Positions 35,640 through 37,747 of a DNA stretch of 37,747 nt are shown here, in pieces (position 1 is the stretch's first letter; every line of letters starts with the position of its first letter). The notes beneath the pieces were generated by a model. The model did no database searches. It had not been told where the DNA came from and saw only the letters and a list, made by a program, of their open reading frames with translations. Made by a program: the position numbers and the translations under genes. Origin of the DNA: Jimgerdemannia flammicorona (taxonomy: Eukaryota); NCBI GenBank assembly GCA_003990765.1, contig RBNJ01000182.1:1-37747 (forward strand), in the 5' to 3' direction.

Positions 35640-35990
35640 TTCTGCCTATATAATCTGTCAGATTGAAGATAGAATCTTTGAAGCTATTATTGATATAGGA
35701 GCAGAAGGATGTCTCCTTAGCAAGAAAGCAACAGACCACCTAGGTTGGAAAGTTGAAAAAGCAACCAAATTGATATTTGTCACAGTAGATGGTATAAGAG
35801 CTACACTTCTAGGAAAGATTTAAGATATTTTCATCAAGTTTGAGAGAGCAACTATTCTAGTAGATGTGATTATAACTAATATTACTAACTATGATATTCT
35901 TATTGACAACTAGTGGCTTTATAAAGCTAAGACAATAATCGATCTGAATGTCTAAAAGATACAGATTATCTACTGAGGCCAGAAGATGTG
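35640..35990 (+). pseudogene. Retropepsin aspartic protease of element C, preceded by a gag relic with a decayed zinc knuckle near 35075-35105
   Basis: FEAIIDIGAEGCLLS (DTG decayed)...LGW...VTVDG...YDILIDN*WLYKAKTIID. Confidence 0.85.
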
Positions 35991-36369
35991 AATTCTCATT
36001 AATATCAATAAAAGAGTACTGCCTGAGATAGAGGAAGAAGAAAGCAAGTAAGAAGAAATCTATATAGTAACTACTTAGAAAAAGAAAAAGAAGATTGGAT
36101 AAATTAGTGAAGAAGACTGGTACAGGATGATAACAGAAGAATATATACTATAAGGAGTCTACCTCTATAGAATTAAGATATACTATAGTGAGTATATTAA
36201 TGATTGTTATCAATATAGTATTAGTATTAGAAAGATCTACCAGAAAAGAAGACAGAAGGCTCTTGAAAAGCAAGCAAGAGAAGAGAAAGAGGAGAAAGAG
36301 GATGATGAATCACCAGCTCTTCTAAAGAATAGTAATAATGAAGAAGAAATCAAGGTCAAGATTCAGAGG

Positions 36370-36770
36370 ATCTACTGTAATATAGTTCTACTAGAATACA
36401 AGTCAGAGAATACAGCTGAGATGGATATTACCACAGTAGAAGAAACTATACTAGAGCCCTAGATAACTACCCTACTTGCAACTGGTCTGGAGATGACCAT
36501 TCCAAAGAATTATATTAGAATTCTTAAGATAAAAAATAGTCTAACTAGGAGTAAAATCACAATTAAAAGAGAAGTCATTAATTCAGATTATATTAGAGAA
36601 ATTCTACTTATTACTAGGAACTACAATTCTATAATTCTATTTTCAATCAAAAAGAAGAACTGACTGATATAGATATTGATCTTTCTAGTTCTTCAGCTAA
36701 GAATTATAGAAGTCAAGAAGTTGGAGGAAATAAAAAAAGAAAGAAAAGAATTCAGATCTATAGAAAGAGG
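36370..36770 (+). pseudogene. dUTPase domain in element C pol, between protease and RT
   Basis: EYKSENTAEMDI (AGxD), TGLEMTIPKNY, KNSL (RSSL), REVINSDYIREI (GVIDSDYxGEI), N*LI*ILI (DRIAQ), EEIKKERKEFRSI (RGxxGFGST): all five motifs in order, with G>A decay. Confidence 0.8.
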
Positions 36771-36819
36771 AGTATTTACCAGTATCAAAATCACTGAACT
36801 AGATTATAAAAAAGAGGAA

Positions 36820-37090
36820 ACTACAAACAAGCATAACTATACTATTGAAAATAAATTTCTACTCAAAAAGGAACTTAAGAAGATACTCTATAAATTTGAG
36901 GATATCCTAGTCATAGATTTCAAAAATATCAAAGAAAAGACTCCATACTACTATCATGATATAGATATAGAAGACACAAAATCAATCTACTAAAAAGTAA
37001 GACCAATACTACTAGTCTACTATAAATAGTTTAGAGAAGAAATCAAGTAGTTGGAAAAAGCTAATATTATTAAAGAGATAAGAGAGATAT
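36820..37090 (+). pseudogene. Start of element C reverse transcriptase (truncated)
   Basis: KHNYTIENKFLLKKELKKILYKFEDILVIDF...YHDIDIEDTKSIY*KVRPI...EEIK*LEKANII is homologous to the start of element B pol. Confidence 0.75.
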
Positions 37091-37680
37091 TTCTTATATA
37101 AATAATAAAGAATAATTAATTTAAAAAAAGTATAACTAAAAGAAGACTTTAGTAAAGATATAATAAGATACTTTTATTAAGTTTATAGATTTTTATATTA
37201 TAATAAATAAGTTTTAACTAAGACTTAAAACTAATAATAATTTAAAAAGTTATAAAAATTAATAAAATATTTAAAAATATTTAAGAAAAATAACTATACT
37301 ATATAAATTTATTATCTTTTAAACAATAATATTTTGTAGACTAATTTATCTTTATATTTATTATTTCTTAATCTATAAGATAAATATAAATTTAAAGATA
37401 TAGATAAATTTGTCTACTAAAATATAATTAGTAGAATATAATATTACATATTATTATAATTTTTAAAAAAGATAAAAAGAGTTTTATTAAGTAAATTATA
37501 TATAAATTATAGCAAATATAAAAAATAATTATCAAATTTAATATATTATAATTATTAATAGAAATATAGTTATATTATAATAAGAAAAATATTATTTTAA
37601 ATAAATGTTAGCTAAAATGACAAATAAATAAAGATATTAAGTTTATATATTCTAACTAAATTTTTTATTAAATATTAAAT
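37090..37680. other. Extremely AT-rich, probably hypermutated repeat relic
   Basis: Almost no C or G, similar to 1820-1925 and 20236-20430. Confidence 0.5.
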
Positions 37681-37747
37681 AAACGACAAATAAAAGTATT
37701 TCTTTCCTACATAGATTTTGAATTCTGATTATGCGAGATACACCCCA

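Noticed and set aside
37680..37747. Return of CpGs at the window end as the start of a new feature
   Set aside because: Too short to classify.

Overview
Eukaryotic, most likely fungal, transposon graveyard with spliceosomal introns, strong CpG depletion and many C>T-type stop codons. No intact host gene is visible. The left half is a nested stack. A minus-strand Ty3/Gypsy element (B, 1926-20235) has ~1.55-1.6 kb LTRs and RT-RH-IN but no gag or protease. It is split inside its integrase by a 12.1-kb hAT DNA transposon (4027-16155; 15-bp TIRs, 8-bp TSD AATAGGAC). The hAT carries an intron-containing transposase and, convergent to it, a multi-exon cargo gene resembling a TET/JBP-like 2OG-Fe(II) dioxygenase (HTD...HGT). 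That gene is broken by a full-length L1/Tx1-like LINE (14-bp TSD), and a small Helitron-like element lies between the two genes. The right half holds a hAT fold-back MITE and a chromovirus relic (A) interrupted by a second LINE and by two antisense-nested copies of a 1.2-kb poly(A) retroposon. A third Ty3 element (C) follows, with protease-dUTPase-RT. All three LTR families carry a homologous ~200-280-codon ORF inside their very long LTRs. All calls come from manual reading and translation; no database searches were run and some boundaries are approximate.
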